Origin: Candidatus Nomurabacteria bacterium
GTDB taxonomy: Bacteria; Patescibacteriota; Patescibacteriia; HK-STAS-PATE-3
Length of the DNA: 64,000 bases
Direction: 5' to 3'
NCBI GenBank assembly: GCA_023898465.1
Contig: CP060223.1
Coordinates: 160,001-224,000, forward strand
Shown here: piece by piece, positions 19,419 to 28,666 of the stretch
How positions within the stretch are numbered: the first letter of the stretch is position 1
How the letters are laid out: every line of letters starts with the position of its first letter
Notes under the pieces: model-generated
Told to the model about the DNA's origin: nothing
The model's database searches: none
Seen by the model: the letters and a program-made list of their open reading frames with translations, nothing else
Program-made: the position numbers and the translations under genes

Positions 19419-20552
19419 ATGAGCTTTCGCTATAAAAAATTCGTTGTAGGAATGCTCACCGTTTTTCTCGGGTTTGGGGCGAGCTTTGTAGTCTCACCAG
19501 CTTCGGCACAGACAAGTTTACCCACCTGCTCATCAAGCGAGGTTTTAAATCAAATCGCTGATCACATGCAGCTCAATGTAGCGCTTCCAGGGATTACTAA
19601 CACAGTACAGTGCCTTTCGGAAACAGGTGACCAAGTAAAAACTATCCACGTTTTACAAGCAGAGTCAGGTCAGGAGCTTTCTACGTTTGTGAGAGGCTTC
19701 TATGTGTACTTTGTCTGGATTGTTGGTATTTTAGCAGTCGTGATGACTATGTACGCTGGCATTCAATGGTTAACTGCTGCTGGCAATACTTCACGGATTG
19801 AGAATGCTAAATCTACGATGAATGGTGCGCTTATCGGACTTGTATTGACGCTTACTTCATATGTTATTTTACAGGCAATTAATCCTGATTTAGTGACATT
19901 ACGAGTGCCTTTTGTTGAGCCGGTTGAAACAAGTGTTATTTCTGGGACATTTTGTCCACCAGCCCAGCAGACACAAGCTGAAAATTCAGGTCTGGTGTGC
20001 GGCGAACAACTCAAGTACTCGGATGCAAATGGTGCTGAGCACTTTTGTTTAAGTAGCGCCTGTCGAGCTGCTGATGGGGGAACTGATTGTCTGCCTTGCA
20101 CAGGGGACGGTGTTCCGTACGTGTTTTGTAAGGATCGTGGATACACCTGCGGTTACTACGACTCATTTATTTCAGTGGGGGCTACCATTACTAACTTAGT
20201 GCCAGATAAAGAACTAAAGTCGTTGAAGTTATATCGTACTAACCCAAATGCGCTTGAGGATGATAATGAATTACCATGGAAGCTTGTCAAAGAGTTTAAT
20301 GCAGATCAATTAACCGAAGGCGCGGTGCTGGAATTTACGAGCGATGATTCAGTCCCCCTTATCCAGTTTAAGTTTTCTGCGACATTCCGTGAAAGTTTTT
20401 GGAGTAATCGAGATTGTGACGCAGTAAATCCCGATGGATCAGTAAAACAACTATGGTTTGAATTACCCTATGCGCCTGGGTCAGTTGTTCACCAAGATTT
20501 TACTTTTGATATTCAAGGCATTTACAATAACAGCGAAGGCTGTATTGGTTAA
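19419..20552 (+). CDS. Secreted protein containing a conserved two-helix hydrophobic hairpin module and a Cys-rich C-terminal domain.
   Basis: A signal peptide (MSFRYKKFVVGMLTVFLGFGASFVVSPASAQ) is followed by the hairpin (RGFYVYFVWIVGILAVVMTMYAGIQWLTAAGNTSRIENAKSTMNGALIGLVLTLTSYVILQAINPDLVT) and a C-terminus with many Cys. The hairpin is about 90% identical at protein level to a segment of the 22446 gene. Confidence 0.7.
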   Translation: MSFRYKKFVVGMLTVFLGFGASFVVSPASAQTSLPTCSSSEVLNQIADHMQLNVALPGITNTVQCLSETGDQVKTIHVLQAESGQELSTFVRGFYVYFVWIVGILAVVMTMYAGIQWLTAAGNTSRIENAKSTMNGALIGLVLTLTSYVILQAINPDLVTLRVPFVEPVETSVISGTFCPPAQQTQAENSGLVCGEQLKYSDANGAEHFCLSSACRAADGGTDCLPCTGDGVPYVFCKDRGYTCGYYDSFISVGATITNLVPDKELKSLKLYRTNPNALEDDNELPWKLVKEFNADQLTEGAVLEFTSDDSVPLIQFKFSATFRESFWSNRDCDAVNPDGSVKQLWFELPYAPGSVVHQDFTFDIQGIYNNSEGCIG

Positions 20553-20563
20553 TCACTATTCAT

Positions 20564-21814
20564 ATGGAATTACCCTCACTTTCACGAAATCGAGTACTAG
20601 CTATTTTTGGCTTCTTGGTCGTACTCTTCATTCTTGGCTTCTTGCTTTTCTGGGCTTTTTTCCGCACCGATACCGCCGTAAATGGTAATACCAACACTAC
20701 CTCAAATGGTCGTTTACCAAACACCAATGATGGAGTGAATCGATCAACTACAAATACAAATAGCGTGAGTGTTTTACCGATCACTAATACACAGATAGAG
20801 GTGCCAAGCGCCACTGCCGATGGCGGGAAAACCATTGCGCAATCTTTAGTTGACACCCCTTCGGCAAATATTGCCTTAGCCGGAAATGGTGTTGATCTGA
20901 TTTATTACGAGGAGCTGAGTGGGAAATTCTATCAGCTTGATAGAAATGGCGTGGAGCGAAAAGTATTGAACGACACTACTTTTAAAGGAGTCTCGGATGT
21001 AGCCTGGTCACCAAACCGACAACGTGCCGTGCTTACTTTCAAAGACGGTGCAAATATTGTGTATGATTTTTCCAAGCAGCAGCAGATATCACTACCAACC
21101 GAGCTGCAAGAATTTTCCTTTTCACCTGATTCCGCGCAAATTGCCGCAAAGTTTATTGGTCCGACAAAGGATGATAATTGGCTGGCCGTCGTAGATGTAA
21201 ATGGGGGAAACGTGCAGGTTGTTGAGCCTTTGCGGGATAAGGAAAATCAAGTGCAGGTAAACTGGTCTCCAAACTCGCAAATTGTCGCCACCTATCAGCA
21301 GTCAATTGATAGTGAACGTCAAGAAATTGTTCCTCTAGGTATCCAAGGCGAGAATTTTAAATCCTTCGAAGTTGAGGGGAGGGGTTTTGAAGGAAAGTGG
21401 GACCAAAGTGGAAATAGGCTTCTTTATAGCGTTTACAGTTCATCATCCTCAATGAATCCAGAGTTGTATATTGTGCAGGCGAGGGGCGATGCAATTGGTG
21501 AAAGTAATACACGACTAAATCTGCAAACCTGGCCAGATAAGTGTGCCTTTACCTCGAGTGCTACTAAGGTATATTGTGCGGTTCCGCAGGGTCTAGAAAG
21601 TGGTAGTGGTCTCTATCCAGAGCTAGCAAATAGCGTGCCATATCAATTTTATGAGATTAATCTCAGCACGGGTGTACAGCAGCTGATCGCGACGCCTACT
21701 AATACAACAGGTGAAACAAGGTACTCGGTGGGTAATGTATATTTGTCAGGCGCTGAGGATCAAATCTATTTCACTGATCAGGATGGTAAGATTCGTACAA
21801 TTAAGTTGCGATGA
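20564..21814 (+). CDS. Membrane-anchored TolB-like/WD40-like beta-propeller protein.
   Basis: It has an N-terminal TM, an N/T-rich linker, then repeated AWSPNRQRAVLTF, SFSPDSAQIAAKF and NWSPNSQIVATY blade-like motifs. Confidence 0.6.
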   Translation: MELPSLSRNRVLAIFGFLVVLFILGFLLFWAFFRTDTAVNGNTNTTSNGRLPNTNDGVNRSTTNTNSVSVLPITNTQIEVPSATADGGKTIAQSLVDTPSANIALAGNGVDLIYYEELSGKFYQLDRNGVERKVLNDTTFKGVSDVAWSPNRQRAVLTFKDGANIVYDFSKQQQISLPTELQEFSFSPDSAQIAAKFIGPTKDDNWLAVVDVNGGNVQVVEPLRDKENQVQVNWSPNSQIVATYQQSIDSERQEIVPLGIQGENFKSFEVEGRGFEGKWDQSGNRLLYSVYSSSSSMNPELYIVQARGDAIGESNTRLNLQTWPDKCAFTSSATKVYCAVPQGLESGSGLYPELANSVPYQFYEINLSTGVQQLIATPTNTTGETRYSVGNVYLSGAEDQIYFTDQDGKIRTIKLR

Positions 21815-22449
21815 TGGAGAATAAGAAGCATAATTGGCTCTTACCTTTATTAGTAGCGCTTGCTGCCATAGTCCTGATTGGGTTTACCTGGTGGACTATT
21901 AGCATCCCAACTACGCCGAATCTTTCCACGCGTTTCCCAACTGTACATTTAACTGATCCGGTTCGCGGCGGACAAGATGCGCAGGTGACTATTGTTGAGT
22001 ATAGCGACTTCCAATGTGAATTTTGTCAGACTTGGCATACGGTTGCTCAGCAGATACTAGATAAATATGGCGACAAGGTAAGATTGGTATGGAAAGACTT
22101 TCCCTTAACCGATCTACACCCAGAGGCAAAAGCAGCCGCAGAAGCAGCGCGTTGTGCTCAGCAGCAATTTGCTTTTTGGGAATACCACGATCAACTTTTT
22201 GCACGTCAGAGCGAGTTAGGCACAGCGCTTTATACTGATATTGCCCAAGACCTTGGCCTAGATGCACAAGCCTTTACTCGTTGCCGAGGTTCAGGTGATG
22301 CAGACACTTTCATTACGCAGAGTCAGCAGGAAGGCGTGACCCTTGGGGTAAGTGGCACGCCAACCATCTACGTTGGTCAATACATTTTCAAAGAAGCGCC
22401 AAGTTTTTCTACGGTTGATTCACTTGTTTCTTCATTACTGTCTGAATGA
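21811..22449 (+). CDS. dsbA: DsbA/BdbD-family thiol-disulfide oxidoreductase, membrane-anchored.
   Basis: The catalytic region is VEYSDFQCEFCQTW, with CEFC as the CxxC active site. The cis-Pro loop is GVSGTPTIYV. It has an N-terminal TM. It overlaps its upstream and downstream neighbours by 4 nt each (ATGA). Confidence 0.85.
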   Translation: MMENKKHNWLLPLLVALAAIVLIGFTWWTISIPTTPNLSTRFPTVHLTDPVRGGQDAQVTIVEYSDFQCEFCQTWHTVAQQILDKYGDKVRLVWKDFPLTDLHPEAKAAAEAARCAQQQFAFWEYHDQLFARQSELGTALYTDIAQDLGLDAQAFTRCRGSGDADTFITQSQQEGVTLGVSGTPTIYVGQYIFKEAPSFSTVDSLVSSLLSE

Positions 22450-23636
22450 AGCGAAGGGATCTTTTCTTTATCTTACTCGTGGGAATTGTTGGGGGAGCTT
22501 TTTTCTCTTTGCAGACGCCGACAGCCCAGGCTTCAGAATGTTGTTGTGTAGAAATTGAAGTAGTGGGAGGAGCACCGATACAGGACTGTAAGGTGTTGGA
22601 TGAATGTGCCTTACCTTATTTACCAACAGATCTTGACCCACTCCAATGTGCAGGTGTAAACACAGATATTGAGTCAAGCACTACAAGTGATCCGATTTAT
22701 TTTACGCCTAACGCACCTATCCCAGGAGTTTTTGAAGGACCACAAGAAGTAGACGGCACACTACTGAGTCGCTACATTCGCTCTTTCTATATTTATTTTG
22801 TTTGGATTGTTGGTATCTTAGCAGTAGTGATGACAATGTACGCTGGCATCCAATGGTTAACCGCGGCCGGTAATACTTCGCAAATAGAGAATGCTAAATC
22901 CACCATGAACGGAGCCCTGGTTGGTTTAGTGTTAACGCTGACCTCGTATATTATTTTACAGGCGATTAATCCAGCACTTGTGACGCTTCAAGACCTCTCT
23001 ATCTTTTCAGTTCCAAGTCAGTTGATAGGAGAAAAAGGAGAATCAAGTGCGCGGGGTGATACCGCCGCAGGTTTACCAGAATCAATACAGGATTTAAGTG
23101 GAGTGAGTAATGTCACCAAGTGGGACGACCTGATTCGAACGATAAGTAATGAGAATAACGTCAATCCATATTATGTGAAAGCAATCATGATGATTGAGTC
23201 GCGCGGAAATGCAAACGCGATTTCACCCGTTGGCGCATGCGGATTGATGCAGGTAATGCCGGCAAATGCGAATGGCGTATGCCTGGTCGGTGAAGCACGA
23301 GCAGAGGAGAATATTCGAGCTGGTGTAAATCTCATTGCTCGACTCATTCGAAATACCTGTCCGAGCTCAGCTAGTCTAAAAAGTGGTAAAACTGTGGAGT
23401 GTAATCCACAACAGACAAATTGCTATAACGGCAGCTGGCATTATGTGATTGCGGCATATAATGGAGGAGTGGGGGCTAATTGCTCCTCACAGACTTGTGC
23501 GCCGGCTGGACCAGGCTTAAAAGGTCAGACGTGGTGGGAATGCACAGATAATGGTGGCTTTGCGGAAACTAGAAATTATGTAAAATCGGTAGAAAAGATG
23601 TATACTATTGTGCAAGGTTGGGGGGGTCTGAACTAA
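22446..23636 (+). CDS. Lytic transglycosylase (SLT domain; VirB1-like cell-wall hydrolase) fused to the two-helix hairpin module.
   Basis: The SLT catalytic motif is IMMIESRGNANAISPVGACGLMQVMPANANG (ES...SPVGA.GLMQ.MP). It has a signal peptide and a Cys-rich N-domain (ECCCVEIEVVGG...). The hairpin FYIYFVWIVGILAVVMTMYAGIQWLTAAGNTSQIENAKSTMNGALVGLVLTLTSYIILQAINPALVT matches the 19419 gene. Confidence 0.85.
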   Translation: MKRRDLFFILLVGIVGGAFFSLQTPTAQASECCCVEIEVVGGAPIQDCKVLDECALPYLPTDLDPLQCAGVNTDIESSTTSDPIYFTPNAPIPGVFEGPQEVDGTLLSRYIRSFYIYFVWIVGILAVVMTMYAGIQWLTAAGNTSQIENAKSTMNGALVGLVLTLTSYIILQAINPALVTLQDLSIFSVPSQLIGEKGESSARGDTAAGLPESIQDLSGVSNVTKWDDLIRTISNENNVNPYYVKAIMMIESRGNANAISPVGACGLMQVMPANANGVCLVGEARAEENIRAGVNLIARLIRNTCPSSASLKSGKTVECNPQQTNCYNGSWHYVIAAYNGGVGANCSSQTCAPAGPGLKGQTWWECTDNGGFAETRNYVKSVEKMYTIVQGWGGLN

Positions 23637-23646
23637 GAATTTTTGC

Positions 23647-24990
23647 ATGCGTAACAGCACCCTATTTGTTTGCTCAAAATGTGATGCGCAGTATAGTAGC
23701 TGGCAGGGCCGATGTGCCGAGTGTCAGGCTTGGGGTACTCTAGAGCCAGCCAATGCCAGCGCTAGCGATCAAATGGTTAGCGCAACAAAGCCGGCTGCAG
23801 CTACACCCTTGCATGAATTACGCGGCTCAAATGTTGAGCGATTTAGTACGGGCATAGCAGAATGTGATCGCGTATTAGGTGGCGGGATAGTTCCCGGAGC
23901 AATGTTATTACTGGCTGGCGCGCCGGGTATTGGAAAATCAACTTTAGTGTTGCAACTTGCTTCCCATATTGCGAAGGGCGGCAAAGTGCTCTATGTCTCG
24001 GGTGAGGAATCCGGGGAGCAAGTAAAATTACGTCTTGATCGGCTTGGTTTATCAGCGGAAAATATTGACTTCATCAGTAGCACCGTAATTGAGCCATGCT
24101 TGGCAGCAGCTGATAAACTGAAGCCTCGCCTCATTATTTTTGATTCAGTGCAGACACTCGCTTCGTCCAGTATTCCCTCCGAGGCTGGCACTGTTGGACA
24201 AGTGCGCACGGTTACGAACCTGGCGATGCACTATGCAAAAAATCATACCGTGGCCACTTTACTCATTGGTCACGTGACAAAAGAGGGGGTAACCGCTGGT
24301 CCAAAAACACTGGAGCACTTAGTAGATACTGTACTTTCCTTAGAAGGCGATAATAAGCATCAGTTTCGCTTATTGCGTAGCAGTAAAAATCGCTTTGGCA
24401 CAACCAATGAAGTTGGAGTATTCACGCTCGAGGAAAAAGGATTACGCGAAGTTGCTAATCCATCCGAGCGCTTCTTAGAAGAACGACAGCAGGGTAGTGG
24501 ATCAGTTGTCACAGCAACGATGGAGGGCACTCGAGCTTGGTTAGCAGAGATTCAGGCTCTAGTAAATCCCTCTGTCTTTGGCATGCCGCGACGCTCAGCA
24601 ACTGGAGTTGATGGACAACGTTTGCAGCTTATTCTAGCAGTTTTAACGAGACGAGCAGGTCTGCAATTGGGGACTCAAGATGTATTTGTGAATGTGGTTG
24701 GAGGTATTAGCGTGCGTGAGCCAGCCGCCGATCTCGCTATCGCACTCGCAGTAGCTTCTGCTTTTCGAAATGTTTCGTTTGATTCACACACGGCCATGCT
24801 GGGAGAGATAGGCTTAGGCGGTGAGGTGCGAAGTGTGGGACAAATCGAGCAGCGTGTAAGAGAGCTTGAGCGTATGGATTTTAAGAGAGTGCTGGTGAGT
24901 GCAAAGACCAAGATGAAAAAAAGTGGGATTGAAATTATCCCGGTTGCCACAGTAAAGGACGCCATTACTGCTCTTTTACCAAAAGCTTAG
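23647..24990 (+). CDS. radA: DNA repair protein RadA/Sms.
   Basis: An N-terminal C4 zinc finger (CSKCDAQYSSWQGRCAECQAWGT), Walker A GAPGIGKST, the KNRFG motif, and a Lon-like C-terminal domain. Confidence 0.9.
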   Translation: MRNSTLFVCSKCDAQYSSWQGRCAECQAWGTLEPANASASDQMVSATKPAAATPLHELRGSNVERFSTGIAECDRVLGGGIVPGAMLLLAGAPGIGKSTLVLQLASHIAKGGKVLYVSGEESGEQVKLRLDRLGLSAENIDFISSTVIEPCLAAADKLKPRLIIFDSVQTLASSSIPSEAGTVGQVRTVTNLAMHYAKNHTVATLLIGHVTKEGVTAGPKTLEHLVDTVLSLEGDNKHQFRLLRSSKNRFGTTNEVGVFTLEEKGLREVANPSERFLEERQQGSGSVVTATMEGTRAWLAEIQALVNPSVFGMPRRSATGVDGQRLQLILAVLTRRAGLQLGTQDVFVNVVGGISVREPAADLAIALAVASAFRNVSFDSHTAMLGEIGLGGEVRSVGQIEQRVRELERMDFKRVLVSAKTKMKKSGIEIIPVATVKDAITALLPKA

Positions 24991-25586
24991 GCTTCTTTTT
25001 TCCAGTCGCCCTCACTGAAACGATTCACGCCCTTATCATGCCAGTCATGTGGGTTCGCTTTTTGGATTGCGTCCCAGATTTTCTTAGCTGATGCAGTGGA
25101 GAGCTTTTCGCGCAACATCGATTGGCGTTTTGGTCCAAAAGTTTCGTTTATCTTATTACCCTTGCTTGATTGTTCGCTTATTTCAAATTCTTGGTCAAGG
25201 ATATCAGCATCCTTCACAATCTTTGCTTCGATAGATTCCTTTGCCTGATACTCACGAAATAGCTCTACATATTCACTTCCTAGCGAAGTGTCATGGAAAA
25301 TGTCCTGGGCTGCTTTTTCTTCATTTCGGCTAGTATAGAGGCGTGATACATAGTGCACATCACCCGTTCGAGTTTCCGGTAAATCATGCACGAGGGCCAT
25401 TTTAGCAATCTTGCCCGCATCGCCCTGGTTTTCGTGTCTGGCAAGAGTAAGGGCAATCCAGATAACCCGGATAGTATGTTCGCTGTCATTGGCAAAATCA
25501 GCGTTCAGAAACTGTCGCCAAGTACGTGGAATAAAGCGAAAAGTGCCTACTTCATACAGGAATTGAATATCGCGCTCGAGGCTCAT
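24987..25586 (-). CDS. HD-domain phosphohydrolase (YfbR-like 5'-deoxynucleotidase family).
   Basis: HD motif ALVHDLPETRTGD, upstream His IWIALTLARHEN, and about 200 aa in length. Confidence 0.75.
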   Translation of the reverse strand: MSLERDIQFLYEVGTFRFIPRTWRQFLNADFANDSEHTIRVIWIALTLARHENQGDAGKIAKMALVHDLPETRTGDVHYVSRLYTSRNEEKAAQDIFHDTSLGSEYVELFREYQAKESIEAKIVKDADILDQEFEISEQSSKGNKINETFGPKRQSMLREKLSTASAKKIWDAIQKANPHDWHDKGVNRFSEGDWKKEA

Positions 25587-25625
25587 AGGGGTAGTGTAAT
25601 AAGGGAAGGGGAAAAAGTAAATGCG

Positions 25626-27683
25626 TTACTCCCAGTGCACTGCATCATGCCGAATTGTTTCAAGTAACCCTGGCCACTTCTCCAGGTTGACGTCTTGTTG
25701 CAATAGCTCTTTCGCAATATCGCGAGTATGAGCAATAAGCTCAATATCTTGGAGTGACGCCATGCGAAAATCAGGTAAACCGGATTGTCGGCCTCCGCGT
25801 AATTCACCGGGCCCGCGGCGCTTCAGGTCTTCTTCAGCTACGGCAAAACCGCTCCTGGTTGCCGCGAATTTTTTCAGACGACCACTTGTTTCTGATTGAC
25901 TTAAGAGGAAGCAATACGATTGGGCGTCACCTCGGCCGACTCGTCCACGAAATTGATGCAGTTGCGCTAGACCAAAACGTTCAGCATTTTCAATCACCAT
26001 CACGCTTGCATTTGGCACATCTATGCCTACCTCGATGACTGCAGTTGCTACTAGGATGTCATAGTGATGATCAGCAAAGTCACGCATAATCTTTTCTTTT
26101 TCCTTGCTCCCAAGTTTGCCGTGCAGGAGTGCTACACGGAGTTTAGGGAAGACATGCTTTTGTAATTCTTCCGCCATATGCGTGGCAGCTTTGACGCCCA
26201 GCAAGTCGGATTCATCTATGAGCGCGGTAATGACAAAAGCTTGTCGACCTTGCGCAATTTGTTGTGCAATAAAGCCGTACATTTCCTTTCGCTTTGCCTC
26301 GGGAATGAGATGCGTTCTTATAGGCTTACGATTTTTTGGCATTTCGGTGATCGTGCTGATATCCAAATCGCTATAGAGAGTAAGCGCTAGGGTGCGGGGG
26401 ATCGGCGTTGCGGTCATGGAGAGAAAGTGTGGCTCTGTACTTAATGCTGTGCCAGTTTTTTCTTTAAGGAGTTTACGCTGAGCCACCCCGAAGCGATGCT
26501 GCTCGTCAATGATGATAAGTCCGAGACTTTGGAATTGAACATCTTCAACTAACAGGGCGTGAGTGCCAATCACCAACTGGATGCTTCCCTGGCCAATTTC
26601 TTTTTTGAGCTGCGATTTTTTAATAGCATCATTTCTATTTGCCTTTGCTTGGGATCCAGTTAAAAGAGCGATAGTTATTGACGTGTCCTGCAGGGTTTTT
26701 TGTATACTTTGGAAATGCTGCTCAGCCAGTACTTCAGTTGGTGCCATGATGGCAACTTGATGTTTGCTCCACATAGTGTTAAGAGCAGCCAAGATGGCTA
26801 CTAGGGTTTTTCCTGATCCGACATCACCCTGCAGTAAGCGATTCATTGGGTGGGCCTCGTTCATGCTCTGAATAATTTCCCAGGCTGCATTACGCTGTCC
26901 ATTGGTTAAGGTGAAGGGGAGCGTCGCTACAAAGTCTTTTGTTGCTTTTTCATGAAACTCAATCTTGGGTGCTGCAGCATGATGCAGTTGTGCGCGGTGC
27001 ATTTGATTATGTAACTGGAAACGCAGCAACTCATCAAAGGCAAGTCGAGCTCGCGCGGCCCTTAGTGCAGCATAGGTTTTTGGGAAGTGAATATCCCGTA
27101 CGGCAGTCTCGAGCTTTGGTAGCTTTTCGCTTTGACGGATTTTTGTTGGTAGAGGATCTTTAATCTCTTCCACGCAGGGTAGTGCCTGTTGCACCAAGTA
27201 GCGGAGGTACTTTGGCGTCAAACCATCAGTAACTGGATAGATAGGCACAATGCGTCCGGTATGCGTTTGTTCATCCTTCACTGGCTCGAAACTTGGATTG
27301 GTCATTTGCAGGCTGCCATCCTTTGCCAGGCTTGGTGTGCCGCTGACAATTATTTCCTCGTTATTCTCTAAACTCTTGGCGATATAGGCTTGATTAAACC
27401 AGACAAGCTTCAGATAACCACTCTCATCTTTCACAGCCGCTTCAGTAATACTCATCCGGCGACGGAAGCTACGACGGGCTCCAAGCAGCTCAACATGCAC
27501 ACGCACACTCGCTGCTATCCCAGCCTGCAAGCGAGAAATAGGGATGACTTGCGAAAAATCCTCATAGCGAAAAGGGTAATGCTGCAGCAGTTGGCGTACG
27601 TTTTGGATACCGAGACGTTGAAGCGCTTGAGCGATTTTTGGTCCTACTCCACGCAGTTGGGTAAGCGGTGTTTTGAGGTCCAT
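25626..27683 (-). CDS. recG: ATP-dependent DNA helicase RecG.
   Basis: An N-terminal wedge/HhH region (LRGVGPKIAQAL), helicase motif I GDVGSGKT, DEQH in IIDEQHRFG, TATPIPRT, and QFRGRVGRG. The protein is 685 aa. Confidence 0.9.
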   Translation of the reverse strand: MDLKTPLTQLRGVGPKIAQALQRLGIQNVRQLLQHYPFRYEDFSQVIPISRLQAGIAASVRVHVELLGARRSFRRRMSITEAAVKDESGYLKLVWFNQAYIAKSLENNEEIIVSGTPSLAKDGSLQMTNPSFEPVKDEQTHTGRIVPIYPVTDGLTPKYLRYLVQQALPCVEEIKDPLPTKIRQSEKLPKLETAVRDIHFPKTYAALRAARARLAFDELLRFQLHNQMHRAQLHHAAAPKIEFHEKATKDFVATLPFTLTNGQRNAAWEIIQSMNEAHPMNRLLQGDVGSGKTLVAILAALNTMWSKHQVAIMAPTEVLAEQHFQSIQKTLQDTSITIALLTGSQAKANRNDAIKKSQLKKEIGQGSIQLVIGTHALLVEDVQFQSLGLIIIDEQHRFGVAQRKLLKEKTGTALSTEPHFLSMTATPIPRTLALTLYSDLDISTITEMPKNRKPIRTHLIPEAKRKEMYGFIAQQIAQGRQAFVITALIDESDLLGVKAATHMAEELQKHVFPKLRVALLHGKLGSKEKEKIMRDFADHHYDILVATAVIEVGIDVPNASVMVIENAERFGLAQLHQFRGRVGRGDAQSYCFLLSQSETSGRLKKFAATRSGFAVAEEDLKRRGPGELRGGRQSGLPDFRMASLQDIELIAHTRDIAKELLQQDVNLEKWPGLLETIRHDAVHWE

Positions 27684-27734
27684 GACCCTAAGTGTAGCAG
27701 GGCTGGTCGGAAAAGCGAATGGAGAAAATAGCCG

Positions 27735-28604
27735 CTATTGTGCTAGATTTTTGTAGGAAATTGTCCTCTGCGGAAAAGGAATTTCAATACTTGCTTTGTC
27801 AAATTCCGACTTGACCCGCTTACGATATTCCCGCATGACATCCCATTGTCGGAGAGGTTTGGTATCACCTAATACTTTTAAGATAATTGCCGAGTCGGCA
27901 AACTGCTCAACCCCCAAGACTTTTGGCGCTTCAATAAGATCATTTTTCCAAGTCCCATCATTCATCATGTCTTGTCCAATTTGATTGAGGACTTGAATAG
28001 CGTAATCAAGATTTGTTTCATAGGCCACTCCAATATCAAGATTGAGGCGTGACCAGTACTTGGACATATTTGAAGAGGTTTTAATTTCTCCATTAGGGAT
28101 ATAATGTTGCACGCCGTCTAAATCACGTAACACGGTTCGCCGTAAATTAATGTCTTCTACCAAGCCGCCTATGCCGGCAATTTTCACTACGTCGCCTTTG
28201 CGATAGTGATTTTCGATGATGATAAACAGACCGGAGATAAGATCGCGGATAAGGTATTGACCACCAAAGCCAAATGCTAAACCAGCGACGCCGGCCGTGG
28301 CAATGAGTGGTCCAATGTTAATGCCTATCTCCGAAAGTATCATGAGTATGGCAGTGAGCCATAATACTACTCGAAGGCTGGAGATGGCGATGCTATTAAG
28401 CGTATCTTCTCGCTTACCCAGCGCGGCTTCTCGTACACCTTCTTGCGCTTCCTCATGCTGGATGCGGCGTACAATGTGATGCATACCTCGTTTAATGAGT
28501 CGTTCAATGACCACCTGCGCAATGCTCACGCCAACTAAGACAATGAGTATTTGAATACCGTGTCCGCTTAGCCAATCAAATATGGGTGTATACCATTGTT
28601 CCAT
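27735..28604 (-). CDS. mscS: Small-conductance mechanosensitive channel (MscS family).
   Basis: It has three TM helices and the conserved MscS beta-domain (LIRDLISGLFIIIENHYRKGDVVKIAGIGGLVEDINLRRTVLRDLDGVQHYIPNGEI). Confidence 0.85.
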   Translation of the reverse strand: MEQWYTPIFDWLSGHGIQILIVLVGVSIAQVVIERLIKRGMHHIVRRIQHEEAQEGVREAALGKREDTLNSIAISSLRVVLWLTAILMILSEIGINIGPLIATAGVAGLAFGFGGQYLIRDLISGLFIIIENHYRKGDVVKIAGIGGLVEDINLRRTVLRDLDGVQHYIPNGEIKTSSNMSKYWSRLNLDIGVAYETNLDYAIQVLNQIGQDMMNDGTWKNDLIEAPKVLGVEQFADSAIILKVLGDTKPLRQWDVMREYRKRVKSEFDKASIEIPFPQRTISYKNLAQ

Positions 28605-28666
28605 AGTTTTTTTGGTAAATAAAAAATAGCTCGCCTTTCATTAGTAACAAGGATGAGCGGATATGT

